IMG/VR virus record: IMGVR_UViG_3300036987_000516
Span: 1-26,154 of that record
Reading direction: 5' to 3' (one strand)
DNA: 26,154 bases
DNA from: a virus
Taxonomy: Duplodnaviria > Caudoviricetes
A model generated the notes under the pieces. The model did no database searches. It was given only the letters and a program-made list of their open reading frames with translations, and was not told the origin of the DNA. Made by a program: the position numbers and the translations under genes. How positions within the stretch are numbered: the stretch's first letter is position 1; each line of letters begins with the position of its first letter. This document shows positions 24,792-26,154 of this stretch, piece by piece.

Positions 24792-25334
24792 ATGAAAAAG
24801 GTGTTTTTGCTGTTGATGGTTGCGCTTCTGCTGGTGCTGATACCTACGGTGGCGCTGGCGGCGGACGCGGTGGCGGTGGAGACGGGCACGGCGGTCGTGC
24901 CGTCGATGGACGTGATCATGGCCAAGCTGGCGGAGGCAGTGGCCGTATTCTTTGCGATATGGATACTGGCCATGGTCGTTGAGAGGATTATTGAATTGGT
25001 CAAGGCGAAGCTGGCACCCAAAAAAGCGTCCAGCCTGGTATGGTTTCTGATCACGAGCGCGATCGGTATTTTGATCTGCGTGCCGTCCGGCCTGAATATG
25101 CTTGGATTCCTCGGGCTTAACGGCATCGTGGTGGAGTACACATTCAGGGTGCTGACGGGCATTGCGATCGGTGCCGGTTCGGGCTTTGTCCACTCGCTGC
25201 AAACGAAATTTAACGAGAGCAAGACCTTTGCAACGTCTGTGAATTACGTAGTGGAAAATACGGGCGGCGATCCGGATGAGGACGCGGTGGAGACACCCGA
25301 CGAGCTGCATGACACATCGGACGGGAGCGAGTGA
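24792..25334 (+). CDS. Holin-like membrane protein
   Basis: Signal-peptide-like N-terminus plus three hydrophobic segments (VVERIIELVK, GILIC...GLNML, VLTGIAIGAGSGFVH), acidic tail; directly upstream of the endolysin; AAGGAGG RBS. Confidence 0.72.
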   Translation: MKKVFLLLMVALLLVLIPTVALAADAVAVETGTAVVPSMDVIMAKLAEAVAVFFAIWILAMVVERIIELVKAKLAPKKASSLVWFLITSAIGILICVPSGLNMLGFLGLNGIVVEYTFRVLTGIAIGAGSGFVHSLQTKFNESKTFATSVNYVVENTGGDPDEDAVETPDELHDTSDGSE

Positions 25335-25335
25335 T

Positions 25336-26154
25336 ATGAGTAAGCGCGACGAGTTTATCGCGGTAGCCGACGCTCAGGACAAAAACGGCTCCGGATACGT
25401 GCTTGGCGCACAGGGCCAAAGAGCCGCGACCGCTTCCGAGGCGTGGGTTAAAAAGCGCGAGCACGGCAATGCGGACAACATCAAAAGGGTGTGGGCTTAC
25501 ATCAAGAAGATGCTCCCGACACATCCCGATATGCTGCTGTTTGACTGCTCCGGATACGTACTGTGGTGCCTCGCACAGATTGGTATCCTTCTCACCGATA
25601 CGACCGCAAACGGCATCTTCTTCAACATGTGTGTGCAGATCAGCAAGAGTGATCTTATCGTGGGAGATCTCGTGTTCAAAAAGTACTCGACGAAAAATAA
25701 GATGTACCACGTCGGTATCTATTGCGGAGATGGTACGGTGCTGCACTGTAAGGGCCGCGACGTAGGCGTGGTGCGCGAGAAGATCAGCGCGACAGGCTGG
25801 AACCGCTTCGGGCGGCTCAAATGCCTTGCATCAATTCAGGAGGATGATATGCGTGTAAACAAGAACAGTTCGCCGGAGGCGATCGGCGCGATGCAGCTGC
25901 TGCTGTTCGCGACTGGATTTCCGGGCAAGATGGACAGAACTAAAATCAAGAAATGGGGCACCAGCACCGAGGGCGCGCTTCATGAGGCGCAAGCAGCGTT
26001 TGGGCTGCCGGTGAAAAACGAGATGGATGACAATTTGTTCCTTTCGTTGGCTGGCGTCGTGCCGGATGAAGCGGCGGACAAGATCATAATAGGGCAACTG
26101 CGCGCGGATCTCAGTGACGTGGCCGCTTACGCAGCGGAGAAGGCAAAAAGATAG
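25336..26154 (+). CDS. Endolysin: NlpC/P60 cysteine peptidase plus C-terminal peptidoglycan-binding-like domain
   Basis: YVLGAQG, FDCSG (catalytic Cys), GDLVF, HVGIY.GDG.VLH; C-terminal Q.LL...GF....WG..TE.AL..AQ..FGL. ATG 25336, stop at 26152-26154. Confidence 0.88.
   Translation: MSKRDEFIAVADAQDKNGSGYVLGAQGQRAATASEAWVKKREHGNADNIKRVWAYIKKMLPTHPDMLLFDCSGYVLWCLAQIGILLTDTTANGIFFNMCVQISKSDLIVGDLVFKKYSTKNKMYHVGIYCGDGTVLHCKGRDVGVVREKISATGWNRFGRLKCLASIQEDDMRVNKNSSPEAIGAMQLLLFATGFPGKMDRTKIKKWGTSTEGALHEAQAAFGLPVKNEMDDNLFLSLAGVVPDEAADKIIIGQLRADLSDVAAYAAEKAKR
25838..25851 (+). promoter_or_regulatory. Internal in-frame translation start in the endolysin
   Basis: AGGAGG (25838-25843), 5-nt spacer, in-frame ATG 25849 at the linker between catalytic and binding domains. 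Confidence 0.65.

Larger units (their letters stand above)
1..26154 (+). mobile_element. Temperate phage/prophage segment: Mu-like (probably transposable) regulatory region plus SPP1-like head, siphovirus tail and lysis modules; runs off the window at least on the left
   Basis: Co-oriented, tightly packed genes in the order gam-gemA-mor-DUF3486-terL-portal-minor head-scaffold-capsid-connectors-tail-TMP-Dit-Tal-fibres-holin-endolysin. No transposase or attachment ends in the window. Confidence 0.93.

Overview
The window is a continuous, all plus-strand segment of a GC-rich temperate phage or prophage, probably from a Clostridia-like Firmicute (host is inferred). The left end is a Mu-type middle region: SleB-like hydrolase, gam, gemA, mor, then gp25/gp26/gp27(DUF3486)-like genes. 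It continues into a LoaP-like NusG paralog, terminase, an SPP1-like portal/head module, a siphovirus tail module, two paralogous tail-fibre genes, a holin and an NlpC/P60 endolysin. The strongest candidate for an under-described system is two-tier late-gene control. A Mor-type dyad promoter overlaps the middle-operon terminator. A phage NusG paralog is followed by a bulged UUCG hairpin and a terminator just before terL, and four more terminator-like hairpins lie inside the late operon. Accessory features: a MuF minor-head protein with a C-terminal Ntox24-like toxin plus probable immunity gene, a DUF2829/Tad2-like gene inside the tail module, a lipoprotein moron, a -1 frameshift in the tail chaperone, an internal start in the endolysin, a structured leader before the scaffold gene, and recurrent helically phased TTAA tracts. 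No transposase, phage end, CRISPR, tRNA or rRNA is visible. All family calls come from motif recognition and gene order, not database searches.
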